Assembly: GCA_963724295.1 (NCBI GenBank) | Contig: CAVRUC010000007.1 | Coordinates: forward strand, 384,001-448,000 | DNA length: 64,000 nt | Direction: 5' to 3' | Source: an uncultured Chloroflexia bacterium | GTDB lineage: Bacteria > Chloroflexota > Chloroflexia > Thermomicrobiales > UBA6265 | Part shown: positions 1 to 9,539 of the stretch, piece by piece | How positions within the stretch are numbered: position 1 is the first letter of the stretch | How the letters are laid out: each line of letters opens with the position of its first letter | Notes under the pieces: generated by a model | What the model was told of the DNA's origin: nothing | Seen by the model: the letters and a program-made list of their open reading frames with translations, nothing else | Database searches by the model: none | Made by a program: the position numbers and the translations under genes

Positions 1-269
1 TCGCGGGAGCGCAGGTACGTCACTCCGGCAGCCCAAACTTCCTGACGATCAATCGGGGCTTTGAGCGTGACAGAGGATATGTGAATTTCGGCATCGGGAG
101 CGTGCTCGGACGCGCTGAGGGCGGCCCGCAACTCGGCGGCCGGCATCTGCAAGGCCGCGGATAGCGATTCCGGTCCACCGGATCGGGCAAGATCGATGAG
201 CCGCTCGCCGGCGACAAGTCCGAAACGCGATTCCTGTTCGTCGCCGACCGTAAAGTATGCGAGTCCCAC
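1..269 (-). CDS. Fumarylacetoacetate hydrolase (FAH) family protein, 2-keto-3-deoxy-pentonate dehydratase-like; 5' part only, runs off the window
   Basis: Not in the ORF track. Manual translation from GTG at 269 (AGGGGG RBS upstream) gives MGLAYFTVGDEQESRFGLV...LKAPIDRQEVWAAGVTYLRSR. EVWAAGVTY-x-RSR is typical of this FAH subfamily. Confidence 0.85.
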   Translation of the reverse strand, partial: MGLAYFTVGDEQESRFGLVAGERLIDLARSGGPESLSAALQMPAAELRAALSASEHAPDAEIHISSVTLKAPIDRQEVWAAGVTYLRSR

Positions 270-399
270 GCTTTCCCCCTCGAGAACGTCTACGATTCCT
301 CCGGTTGCCTAGGAGTACGTCATCGAGCCTGTCCACGCTGCACAATCGCGCTGCTCGTCGCGCCTGCTGGCAGTGACGCATCGACCGTGAACGGGCGCG

Positions 400-690
400 T
401 CAGGTCCAGCCCTCGCTCCGGGCGCGTCGTTGCAGGCGTTCCAGAATGTCGGCCAATCGCTCGTCGCCTTTTCCGTCCACCAGGTCGAGATCGACCCCCG
501 CATCGGCAAGCGAGCGCCGGAAGCGAAGGACCAACGCAAGCTCCTGCGGGGTGAGGTCGTAGCCGTATTTCACGAGCGTGGCGGGCAAATCGTCGCGCGC
601 CTCGTCGCGAAATGTGGAGTCGGACATGACCTGCTCGGCGAGCCGTTGCAGCACATCAATACGAACCGGACCATCCTCGGGAGATATCAC
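400..690 (-). CDS. Small hypothetical protein resembling an NHLP/Os1348-clan leader-type protein
   Basis: LAEQVMSDSTFRDEARDDLPATLVKYGYDLTPQE resembles the D-x-x-FR...L...GYDLT-x-E pattern of nitrile-hydratase-leader-like proteins. Start uncertain. Confidence 0.55.
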   Translation of the reverse strand: MISPEDGPVRIDVLQRLAEQVMSDSTFRDEARDDLPATLVKYGYDLTPQELALVLRFRRSLADAGVDLDLVDGKGDERLADILERLQRRARSEGWT

Positions 691-805
691 CGCACTATCG
701 TCCTCGCCTGCAGGTGTTATTGTCTAAACGACCGCGATTGTACATCCCCGCGACCGGGGCCGCGTTAGCTAATCGTGGGGGTGCTTCGATAACGATGCAA
801 ACGAC

Positions 806-2581
806 ATGACAATCAAGTCGAACGGTCTCCCGCACGCTTCCCAGCCAGAACCTGTCGAGCAACCCGCGCTCGACGGGGGCGGATCTGGGCAGGCGTCGTG
901 CCCCAGATGTGGATCGGTCGGTACAGGCGACGAAACGACGGAGGAGTTTCGGGTCTGCGGCGTCTGCGGCTATCACCATCCCGAGTCGGCTCGAGCCGCA
1001 ATTGTGAGGCTCGTCGACGAGGGAAGCTTTCGCGAACAGGATCCGGAGCTGGCCTCGACCGACCCGCTTCACTTCGTCGACGAGACCGCCTACCGCGAGC
1101 GATTGCTGGCACTAAAGGCCGAAACCGGCGAGGCGGATGCCCTGGTCTCGGGTATTGCCCGGCTGCAGGGTCATGAGGTCGCCATCGCGGCGCTCGACTT
1201 CGGATTCCTGGGCGGGAGCATGGGTGTCGTCGTCGGCGAGAAGCTGGTGCGCATCGCGGAACGCGCGCGCGACCGTCGCTTGCCCCTGATCTCGATCTCC
1301 GCCAGTGGTGGCGCGCGCATGCAAGAGGGAATGCTCTCTCTCTTGCAGATGGCGAAGACCTCTGCCGCGGTGCAGCGCCTGCGGGAAGCGGGATGCCCCT
1401 ACATCTCCATCCTGGCGCATCCGACCACGGGGGGAGTATTTGCATCGTTCGCCAATCTGGGCGATATCATCCTTGCCGAACCCGGGGCGCTGATCGGCTT
1501 CGCGGGTCCTCGCGTGGCAGAGCAGATCATCGGTCAGAAACTGCCCGAAGGATCCCACACAGCCGAGTTTCTCTACGCTCACGGGATGGTCGACGCGATA
1601 GTCGACCGCCGTGAGCAGCGGGAGTATCTCGCCAGGTGTCTCACGATTCTGACGGCGCCGCGATCCGGGTTCCAGCGACGAGGGCACACGTTTCGGTCAC
1701 CACGAAAAAATGGACCGGAAGTTCCCGCCTGGGATGCCGTACAGCGTGCTCGCGGCGCCCGGCGACTCACCAGCATGGACTACCTCGAACGGATGCTTGG
1801 TGAGCTCGTCGAGCTTCATGGCGATCGCTCGTCAGGCGACGATCCAGCGGTCGTGGCGGGGATTGGCACACTTGACGGCAAAGCGATCGCCGTCATTGCC
1901 CTGGAGCGAGGTCATCTCGAAGAGCGCGAGCGGCGCCACGACGGCCGCCCGTACCCGGAGGGCTACCGGAAGGCGCGCCGGGTTATGGAGTTAGCGGAAC
2001 GCCTGCACCTGCCGCTCGTCACCTTCATCGACACACCCGGCGCCTACCCGGGGGTCGAGTCCGAGGCCCGCGGACTTGCGTCGGAGCTGGCGGGGTCGCT
2101 GGCTCGCATGAGCACGTTGCGCACGCCCATCGTCGCCGCGGTGATTGGCGAAGGCGGCAGCGGCGGGGCGCTGGCCCTTGCCGTCGCGGACCGGGTACTG
2201 ATGCTGGAGGGCGCGATCTACTCGGTGATCGCTCCGGAGGGCGCCGCGGCAATTCTCTATCGCGACGCCACGCGGGCTCCGGAGATCTCATCGAAGCTGA
2301 AGCTGACCGCGCGTGACCTGAAACGCCTCAACGTCGTCGACGAGATCGTGCCGGAGCCGGACTCCGCGACAGAGGTCGATCCGGATGTGGCGGCCGCGCT
2401 GCTGGCTGAGTCGATCGGGAACGCCCTCGCCGAACTCCAGCGCAAGCGGATCGACCGTGTGCTGCGGGAGCGATACGACCGCTACCAGAACGTTGGCAGA
2501 CGACACGCGAAGCGCCCGCGGCGGAGACTCCCGTTCCCGCGCAGAAAACGCGTGGCGGCAGGTCGGGCGAATCCGGGGTGA
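806..2581 (+). CDS. accD: Acetyl-CoA carboxylase carboxyltransferase, fused beta (AccD) and alpha (AccA) subunits
   Basis: N-terminal CxxC...CxxC zinc finger, FLGGSMG and SGGARMQEG (AccD), followed in frame by FIDTPGAYPG and GEGGSGGALA (AccA). Confidence 0.95.
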   Translation: MTIKSNGLPHASQPEPVEQPALDGGGSGQASCPRCGSVGTGDETTEEFRVCGVCGYHHPESARAAIVRLVDEGSFREQDPELASTDPLHFVDETAYRERLLALKAETGEADALVSGIARLQGHEVAIAALDFGFLGGSMGVVVGEKLVRIAERARDRRLPLISISASGGARMQEGMLSLLQMAKTSAAVQRLREAGCPYISILAHPTTGGVFASFANLGDIILAEPGALIGFAGPRVAEQIIGQKLPEGSHTAEFLYAHGMVDAIVDRREQREYLARCLTILTAPRSGFQRRGHTFRSPRKNGPEVPAWDAVQRARGARRLTSMDYLERMLGELVELHGDRSSGDDPAVVAGIGTLDGKAIAVIALERGHLEERERRHDGRPYPEGYRKARRVMELAERLHLPLVTFIDTPGAYPGVESEARGLASELAGSLARMSTLRTPIVAAVIGEGGSGGALALAVADRVLMLEGAIYSVIAPEGAAAILYRDATRAPEISSKLKLTARDLKRLNVVDEIVPEPDSATEVDPDVAAALLAESIGNALAELQRKRIDRVLRERYDRYQNVGRRHAKRPRRRLPFPRRKRVAAGRANPG

Positions 2582-3523
2582 TCAGACGGCGGCGGTAACC
2601 GCCGTCTCGACGCTGGTTCGCCAGTGCGCATACCGCCCGTCGCGGCCGCGCAACACGTCGTCGAACGCTGATTCCAGCGCACGCGTCACGGGCCCGATCT
2701 CGCCATTGCCAACGGTGTACTTGTCGACGCCGACGATCGGGGTCACTTCAGCGGCCGTGCCGCAGGTGAAGACCTCATCGGCAAGATACAGCTCGGTGCG
2801 ATCGACGTGTCGCTCGACAACCTCTAGGCCCAGGACTTCCCGGACGAGCACGATCAGCGCATCGCGGGTGATGCTTTCCAGGATGCCACTGTTGACGTCA
2901 GGGGTAATGACTTGGTTGCCGGAGACGAGCATGACGCAGGCACCGGGGCCTTCGGTAACTTTTCCGACATGGTTGAGGAGGATCGCGGTGTCGTATCCGT
3001 CCAACCGCGCCTCCATCCCGGCGAGCTGGCTATTCCGGTAGTTGGAGAGATTCTTGACCCGCGGCGGCATGACATCCTCGGAGATGCGCCGCCACGAGCT
3101 TACCTTGGCTGTCTGGGTCAGTCCGGACTTGAGGTGGGACGCCATCGGCGTCGTGTTGATCAGAAGCGCGGTGTCCTGGCCGAGCTGAGCAAAGCGCTTC
3201 CCGGACGTCTCCGCGGCGTATGCGAGGGGTCGGATATAGGTATCCTCGCGCACCTCATTGACCCGCAAGAGATCGATCGTGGCGTCCGTCAGCTCATCCA
3301 GGTCGTAATCGAGCGTGAAACGGACGAGTCGCATGGAGCGCTCCAGCCGCTCCAGATGCTCGCGCAACCGGAAGATGTAGAGCTCGTCATCATCGCCGGT
3401 GTAGGCCCGAATTCCCTCGAACACTGCTCCGACGGTCGACCAACCAAGCTCGGTAACGTGGATCGTGCACTCATCCCAGGGCCGGCGTTCGCCATTCCAC
3501 CAAATGTATTCGGGATGCGTCAT
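2582..3523 (-). CDS. ilvE: Branched-chain amino acid aminotransferase (class IV PLP)
   Basis: YIWWNG, VFEGIRAY, PRVKNLSNY (PLP lysine), ILESITR, ADEVFTCGTAAEVTPI. ATG at 3523 chosen over the longer ORF-track start. Confidence 0.9.
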   Translation of the reverse strand: MTHPEYIWWNGERRPWDECTIHVTELGWSTVGAVFEGIRAYTGDDDELYIFRLREHLERLERSMRLVRFTLDYDLDELTDATIDLLRVNEVREDTYIRPLAYAAETSGKRFAQLGQDTALLINTTPMASHLKSGLTQTAKVSSWRRISEDVMPPRVKNLSNYRNSQLAGMEARLDGYDTAILLNHVGKVTEGPGACVMLVSGNQVITPDVNSGILESITRDALIVLVREVLGLEVVERHVDRTELYLADEVFTCGTAAEVTPIVGVDKYTVGNGEIGPVTRALESAFDDVLRGRDGRYAHWRTSVETAVTAAV

Positions 3524-3680
3524 CGCCTGATTCACTGACTCCTCCAACCCCAATCCGGGTGGCGCATGTTCGCCGGCTTCAACGCCACACCCCGCCGTGG
3601 ACGGAGTATGGCATGTCGCTCCGTCGCCAATCATCCCGATGAGGCAATAGGGCGGTTTGGCACATTCCGGTCAGCCATGA

Positions 3681-3716
3681 GACCGGGGAGGCCTCTCGGC
3701 CCCCCCGGTCCATTTT
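3681..3716. terminator. GC-rich hairpin downstream of oppA (terminator or stability element)
   Basis: GACCGGGGAGGCC-TCTC-GGCCCCCCCGGTC, a 13-bp stem with one mismatch on + (a G-U pair on -). The short T run lies on the + strand, so direction is ambiguous. Confidence 0.55.
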
Positions 3717-3752
3717 CGCGCTCGACAGAATGTCGGTCGGGTCGCCTCTTGG

Positions 3753-5546
3753 CTACTCCTCCCGGCCTTCAATCCGCACGTCCGACACCATCCGGACGTA
3801 AATGTTGCCTTCAGGCACCGTGAATCCCTGCCGGTTCACGGCGACGTCCTTGACCCACGGCTTGAAGGCGTACTGATCCAGTCGATAGACGACCGGGATG
3901 TAGCCGACGTCCTCCTGGATGACCCGCTCGGCCTGCTTGTAGATCTCCAGCCGCGCATCTGGATCGGGTTCCGCCTTGCCCTGGTTCACCAACTCGTCGA
4001 ACTCCGCGTTCGACCACGACTGGCGCTTCCCGGAGGCCTTCTGGCTGTAGAACATGTCGCCGTAGCCGTTGTTCGGATCCGGGTAGTCATACCACCAGCG
4101 AATCCAGACGAGCTGGAACTCATTCTTGAAGAGCTCCGGTCGCCAGGACGCTTCTGGCCAGACCTGGATATTGATGTTCATACCCAGGTTTTCCTGAAGC
4201 TGGGCCACGATGTCGTTCGCCATCAGATCGGAGTTGTAGACCTCCTCCTGACCGCGCATATGCATCGTGATCTCGGGCCAGTTCTGACCGCCTTCATACG
4301 GGGTGCCGACGAGCTGCTCCATCGCCAGAGCGGGGTCGAACGCCTGGATGGCGGCGATCTCTGGATCGTCGATGTACCCAAACACACCGGTCGGCACCAT
4401 GCCGTAGGCTTCGGCAGCCAGCCCGTTCGTCAATTCGACCAAACGGGTGCGGTCGACCGCGTGGCTCAGCGCCCTGCGGACCTTCAGACCGACCTCGTCA
4501 TTCTGGAATGGCTCCTGCCCATTTGAGGGTACGAGCATCCAGATGCCGGGATAAACGTACTGCCTGAGTTGCTCCGAAAGCTCGGGATCGTCCTGATATC
4601 GTGACAGGTCAGAGGCTGGGATATTGACCCAGTCCAGCTTCTGCTCGCCTTCTCCGCGCTCAAATGTGAGAACGGCCGCGTCCGCGGGAATGATCGGCAG
4701 GAAGGCCTTCTTGACGTTGAGCTCTTCGAAGTACCAGTGGCCCGGGTTCGGCGACATTTCGACGACGACGTCATGCTCCCAGCGGTCAAGCTTGTAGGGA
4801 CCGTTGGCCCAGAACGGAACGGACCCCGATGCCCAGACATCAGCACCGTGCTCCTCGATCGCCCACTGCGGCGCCGGGACCGAAGCCTGGTAACCCACGA
4901 CCTGGGGGAAGTAGGCGCGCGGACCCTCCATCGTGACCTCGAGGGTCCATTCGTCGAGGGCCTTCACGCCGAGTTCCTCGGGCGCCATTTCCTCTTCACC
5001 GAGGTTGTATTTCTCGGCGTTCTTGACATCGAAAAGGAACCCGGCATACGCGGCGGCGTTAGCGGGGTTGAGCTGCCGCTCCCAGGAGAAGACGAAGTCT
5101 TGAGCCGTCACCGGACGGGTGTCGGTTCCGTTTGTCCAACCCTGGTTGTCCGGGCGGATGTTGAACGTCCAGACCGAGGCGTCCTCGTTCGGTGTGAACG
5201 TCTCCGCCCAGTCCGGAATCGCGTTGAGGTTCGCGTCAAAGGTGAGGAGTCCGGAGGAAACCTCGAGCGCTGCGCCAGCGTAGAGGTTCAAGTTCCAGTC
5301 GAACGAAACGGGGTCGTCGAAAAGGGAGAAGTGATAGAACACCTCGTCCGGCCCAAAGTCCTGCCGTAGCAGTGCGCGACGTGGCGCGGCTGCCGCCCCG
5401 GGGCCGACGTATCGCTCCATGCCGGCCATTGTGGCTGTGCCCGCCGCGGCCGCAGCGGCGATCTTCATGAAGTTTCGCCGGCTCATGCCAAGGCTCTTGA
5501 AGCGTTGCCCCAGAATGCGGAGCTGATCGTTCTTACGGTTTCCCAC
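3753..5546 (-). CDS. oppA: Peptide ABC transporter substrate-binding protein (family 5) with twin-arginine signal
   Basis: SRRNFMK Tat motif, PVTAQDFVFSWER, NGPYKL, WWYDYPDP. AAGGAG RBS before the GTG start. Confidence 0.9.
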   Translation of the reverse strand: MGNRKNDQLRILGQRFKSLGMSRRNFMKIAAAAAAGTATMAGMERYVGPGAAAAPRRALLRQDFGPDEVFYHFSLFDDPVSFDWNLNLYAGAALEVSSGLLTFDANLNAIPDWAETFTPNEDASVWTFNIRPDNQGWTNGTDTRPVTAQDFVFSWERQLNPANAAAYAGFLFDVKNAEKYNLGEEEMAPEELGVKALDEWTLEVTMEGPRAYFPQVVGYQASVPAPQWAIEEHGADVWASGSVPFWANGPYKLDRWEHDVVVEMSPNPGHWYFEELNVKKAFLPIIPADAAVLTFERGEGEQKLDWVNIPASDLSRYQDDPELSEQLRQYVYPGIWMLVPSNGQEPFQNDEVGLKVRRALSHAVDRTRLVELTNGLAAEAYGMVPTGVFGYIDDPEIAAIQAFDPALAMEQLVGTPYEGGQNWPEITMHMRGQEEVYNSDLMANDIVAQLQENLGMNINIQVWPEASWRPELFKNEFQLVWIRWWYDYPDPNNGYGDMFYSQKASGKRQSWSNAEFDELVNQGKAEPDPDARLEIYKQAERVIQEDVGYIPVVYRLDQYAFKPWVKDVAVNRQGFTVPEGNIYVRMVSDVRIEGREE

Positions 5547-5771
5547 GCGTTTGCTCCTTTTCTTTACCCGTTGGGAACCAACTAGTGGATCATGCCGACA
5601 CGGGTGGCCTCGTCGCCATCCCTCGTCACCGGCGCTAGGCGCGCGCCTGCTGCCCTCCTTTCGTCCAAGAATTCATCCCGGCCGGGTTTGCGCCGGCGCG
5701 GCCTTCAGGAGTTGGGAGTGAATCCCGCGCCAATGTCACGGAACTCGTCCGCCTGGCAATGAAGCAAATCA

Positions 5772-6806
5772 TCAGTCCTTGCTTCCCTTGGGATCGAGTG
5801 CATCACGGAGACCGTCACCAAGGAATGTGAAGCCCAGCATCGTGAGCCCGATCGCCACCACCGGGAAGAGCAGCATGTGCGGGCTGGACTCGATATACCC
5901 AGGTTTACTTCCTTCCGCGACCATTTGACCCCAGCTGGCCTGGGGTGGCCGGATGCCGACGCCGACGTAACTGAGCGCCGCCTCGATGAAGATTGCGGTC
6001 GGAATACCAAATGTCAACGCGACGATGATGGGCGTGAGGCTGTTCGGCAGCATGTGCTTGCGGATGATGTAGGACCCGTTTCCCCCCGCGACCTGCGCGG
6101 CGCTCACGTATTCCTGTTCACGTAGGGACAAAAATTGCCCCCGCACCAAGCGCGCCTCGGTGACCCATCCCACCAGCCCGATGGCCAGAAAGATGTTGAA
6201 CAAGCCTGGCCCCCACCAGTTGACGAAGAGGAGCACCATCAGGAGCTGTGGAATCGCGTAGACGACGTCGACGAGCCGCATCATGACATTGTCAGTTGCT
6301 CCGCCGAAGTATCCAGCGATCGCACCGATTGGCACCCCAATGAGGAGCACGATCGCCTGCGCGAGCACTCCCACCACGAGCGAAACCTGTGCTCCATAGG
6401 CCATGCGGCTGAACATGTCCCGGCCGTTTGCATCAAGTCCCATCGGCCAGGTCCAGGAGGGCGGGTACCGCGCGAGTCGGAAGTCGACAACTTCAGCCTG
6501 ACCGTAGGGCGCCAGCAGCGGCGCAAAGAGTGCAATCAATGAGAAGGTCACGACGATCAAGAGCCCGACGACCGCGAGTTTGTTGCGTCGCAGTCGCCGC
6601 CATGCGTCGCTCCAGAGGCTGCGCTGCTTGCGTGCGGTCAGCTCACCCGCGAGTCCGGGCGAGGGGGTGCCACGCTGCCCTGGGGCCACCGCGTCGTCGA
6701 GTATCTCCTCGACTTGCCACGGTGGAGCAGGTGCGGCCGTGTCCGTGCTTCTAAGCGCAAGATTCATTGAGTCAAGGGGCTGGCTCTGGGGGTGAGATGG
6801 CGCCAT
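5772..6806 (-). CDS. oppC: Peptide ABC transporter permease
   Basis: SLWSDAWRRLRRNKLA, GLDANGRDMFSR, EAA-loop EYVSAAQVAG, GDGLRDALDP. Confidence 0.93.
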   Translation of the reverse strand: MAPSHPQSQPLDSMNLALRSTDTAAPAPPWQVEEILDDAVAPGQRGTPSPGLAGELTARKQRSLWSDAWRRLRRNKLAVVGLLIVVTFSLIALFAPLLAPYGQAEVVDFRLARYPPSWTWPMGLDANGRDMFSRMAYGAQVSLVVGVLAQAIVLLIGVPIGAIAGYFGGATDNVMMRLVDVVYAIPQLLMVLLFVNWWGPGLFNIFLAIGLVGWVTEARLVRGQFLSLREQEYVSAAQVAGGNGSYIIRKHMLPNSLTPIIVALTFGIPTAIFIEAALSYVGVGIRPPQASWGQMVAEGSKPGYIESSPHMLLFPVVAIGLTMLGFTFLGDGLRDALDPKGSKD

Positions 6807-6872
6807 CCGATTACCTCGCCTGTGCCGTCAGGCTAGCTGGATTTCAACGAGTGATGGCACGGGCGCCACCAC

Positions 6873-7805
6873 TTAGTATCGAATCCGCGGGTCGATCACG
6901 CCGTAGGTCAAATCGACCAGGAGGTTCATGATGGCCAGAAACACCCCATAAAGGAGTACGACAGCGAGGATCATGGTCTGATCCTTGACCTGCATGCTGG
7001 TCACGAAAAATTTCCCCATACCGGGGATATTGAACACCTGCTCGACGAAAAACGACCCGGTCGCGACCGCGGCGAAGATAGGGCCGATCAACGTCACGAC
7101 AGGTATAAGCGCGTTCTTAAGCACGTGTTTGGTTACGACGCCTTCTTCGGTCAGCCCCTTGGCGCGTGCCGTTCGCACGAAATCGGAGCGAATAACCTCG
7201 ATCATGCTGGAACGGGTGTATCTGGCAAGGGTAGCGAGTGGCGCGGCGCCGAGCGCGATAGTGGGCAGGATCCAGTCGATCGGGCGATCCCATCCCCCAA
7301 CGTGAAAACCCAGGTCGATCCCAATGTCGGGGAGCCAAACCACAAAGGTCAGGATGAGTAGAAACCCCATGACGAAGCTCGGCATGCTGTAAAAAAGGAC
7401 GGCCATGGTCACCGACGAGTAATCGACCCAACCGTTCTGATTGACCGCGGCCAGGATCCCCAACGTCATACCGACGACGACGGCAAAGAGCGTCGCCATC
7501 GCGCCGAGATGAAGGGAGATGGGAAACGTTCGGCCGATGATCTCGTTCACGGTCTGAGGACGTGCGTGGTACGAGATCCCGAAGTCGAGGTGGGCGGCAT
7601 TCCAGATGTAGAGGACGAATTGCTCGTGGACCGGCTTGTCGAGCCCGTAGAGCGCCTCCAGTCGCTGGATATCTTCGGGGCGCTGCTTGTCGCTGACGTC
7701 GAACGGGCTTCCCGGAGTGGCCTGCATGATCAAGAACGTGAACGCAGCCATCGCCAGGATGGTGGGGATGAACCAGAAGATCCGGTTCATGGCAAATCTC
7801 AACAT
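6873..7805 (-). CDS. oppB: Peptide ABC transporter permease
   Basis: YGLDKP, DFVRTARAKGL, DLTYGVIDPRIRY. ATG at 7805. Confidence 0.93.
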   Translation of the reverse strand: MLRFAMNRIFWFIPTILAMAAFTFLIMQATPGSPFDVSDKQRPEDIQRLEALYGLDKPVHEQFVLYIWNAAHLDFGISYHARPQTVNEIIGRTFPISLHLGAMATLFAVVVGMTLGILAAVNQNGWVDYSSVTMAVLFYSMPSFVMGFLLILTFVVWLPDIGIDLGFHVGGWDRPIDWILPTIALGAAPLATLARYTRSSMIEVIRSDFVRTARAKGLTEEGVVTKHVLKNALIPVVTLIGPIFAAVATGSFFVEQVFNIPGMGKFFVTSMQVKDQTMILAVVLLYGVFLAIMNLLVDLTYGVIDPRIRY

Positions 7806-7986
7806 GCGGGGTCCGGCCTCCTCACGGGAGCTCTTGCCGATCGTGGGAGCGACGATGCCCCCGGTGGCCAGGCGGCCCGGCATCCGGCTCTAGCGGATGC
7901 CGTCGCGTTCCGGCGTCCGATAACGTTGACCCGACCCAACACCGTCGTCAAGGTCGTCAGTGTGCACCTCATGATTGAACAGCGCG

Positions 7987-8015
7987 ACGATACATTGCCC
8001 AATTTTATGTGTCAA
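7987..8015 (-). promoter_or_regulatory. Putative sigma-70 promoter of oppBCA
   Basis: TTGACA-17 nt-TATCGT on the minus strand within an AT-rich patch. Confidence 0.55.
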
Positions 8016-8058
8016 GAACCAAGAGCTTGATGAATACCGCGCGCGACTGGACGAATGG

Positions 8059-9534
8059 CTAGAGAATATACGAGCTCAGGTCCTCGTCGGCGGCAACCTC
8101 ACCAACGCGCTCGCTGACGAAAGTGGCGTCGATCACGATGGTTTCGCCCTTGTGATCCGGAGCGTCAAACGAAATATCCTCGATGACGCGCTCGATGATT
8201 GTGTGCAGCCGGCGCGCGCCGATGTCCTCGGTCGATGCATTGACGGCTGTCGCCAGGTGAGCCATCTCTCGCAGGGCATCGCCCTCAAATTCGAGTTCGA
8301 CGCCCTCGGTCGCCAACAAGGCGACACTCTGCTTGGTGAGCGCGTTCTGAGGCTCGGTAAGAATGGCGTACAGGTCGTCCTCGCTCAGGCTTTGCAACTC
8401 GACTCGAATCGGAAAGCGCCCCTGGAGCTCCGGAATCAGGTCGGCGGGCCGAGCGTTGTGGAACGACCCGGCGGCAATGAACAGGATATGGTCGGTCCGT
8501 ACCGGCCCGTATCGCGTCATGACCACCGACCCTTCAACGATCGGCAGCAGATCCCGTTGCACCCCCTCGCCCGACACTTCGCCAGAATATTCACCGTCCG
8601 CATTGATGGTCTTGTCGATCTCGTCGATAAAGACCACGCCGGCTTGTTCGACTCGGCGCACCGCGGTCTCGATCACGGTGTCCCAGTCGACCAGCCGATC
8701 CTCTTCCTGTTGAGCCAGAATGCGACGCGCCTCCCGTACCGAAACCCGCCGCCGCGATCGCCGAGGCGGTGGCGCATAGCCGTCCAGGAAATCCTGAAAC
8801 GAGTCATAGAGCTCGTCCGGGGACATCCCGCCAACGGCTTCATACGGACTGTCGGCGAATTGTGGGTCGACCTCGATCTCGACGGTTTCTTCTTCCAGTG
8901 CTTCCTCGTTCAATAGGGCGAGGAGACGATCCTGTTCGCGTTTGCGGCGCCGTTCTTCGGCCGCGGTGGCGCGCTTCGGACCCGGTGCTCCGGAAGTGAC
9001 ACCGGCACGCCCGTTACGGCCCGCCGCGTTGACCAGGAGCTGCTCTGTCAATAAGTCGACCAGTCGTTGGCGCGCTGCCTGATCTGCCTCTTCCTTGACT
9101 TGCTCCAGACGCCGGCTGTGAAGCATGTCGATCGCGACCTCACAGAGGTCACGCACGATCGACTCGACGTCTCGTCCCACAAAGCCAACTTCGGTGAAGC
9201 GGGTGGCTTCGACTTTGACGAACGGAGCATCCACGATCTTCGCCACGCGCCGCGCGATCTCCGTCTTGCCAACCCCGGTCGGGCCCATCATCAGGATGTT
9301 CTTGGGGACGACCTCGCCGCGCAGCTCCTCGGGAAGGAGCTGTCGCCGAAATCGATTCCGGAGGGCCACTGCCACCGCTCGCTTGGCGTCACTTTGACCG
9401 ATGATGAAGCGATCCAGCTCGGCGACGATCTGAGCCGGCGTGAGATCTTCCATGATCGGTACGTCGACGGCGGCGTCCGCCCCGGGACGTCCGCTCGGTT
9501 GGGCTGGCGCGGTGCGCGGTTGTGCCTCGACCAT
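8059..9534 (-). CDS. hslU: ATP-dependent protease ATPase subunit HslU
   Basis: PKNILMMGPTGVGKTEIARR, VFIDEIDK, GEGVQRDLLP, PELQGRFPIRVEL, C-terminal DLSSYIL. Confidence 0.97.
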   Translation of the reverse strand: MVEAQPRTAPAQPSGRPGADAAVDVPIMEDLTPAQIVAELDRFIIGQSDAKRAVAVALRNRFRRQLLPEELRGEVVPKNILMMGPTGVGKTEIARRVAKIVDAPFVKVEATRFTEVGFVGRDVESIVRDLCEVAIDMLHSRRLEQVKEEADQAARQRLVDLLTEQLLVNAAGRNGRAGVTSGAPGPKRATAAEERRRKREQDRLLALLNEEALEEETVEIEVDPQFADSPYEAVGGMSPDELYDSFQDFLDGYAPPPRRSRRRVSVREARRILAQQEEDRLVDWDTVIETAVRRVEQAGVVFIDEIDKTINADGEYSGEVSGEGVQRDLLPIVEGSVVMTRYGPVRTDHILFIAAGSFHNARPADLIPELQGRFPIRVELQSLSEDDLYAILTEPQNALTKQSVALLATEGVELEFEGDALREMAHLATAVNASTEDIGARRLHTIIERVIEDISFDAPDHKGETIVIDATFVSERVGEVAADEDLSSYIL

Positions 9535-9539
9535 CTCGA

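Noticed and set aside
3524..3634. N-terminal extension of ilvE in the ORF track (similar cases for hslV, tyrA, oppB, the dUTPase, cupin and YciI)
   Set aside because: Family similarity begins at downstream starts, several of which have better RBS sequences.
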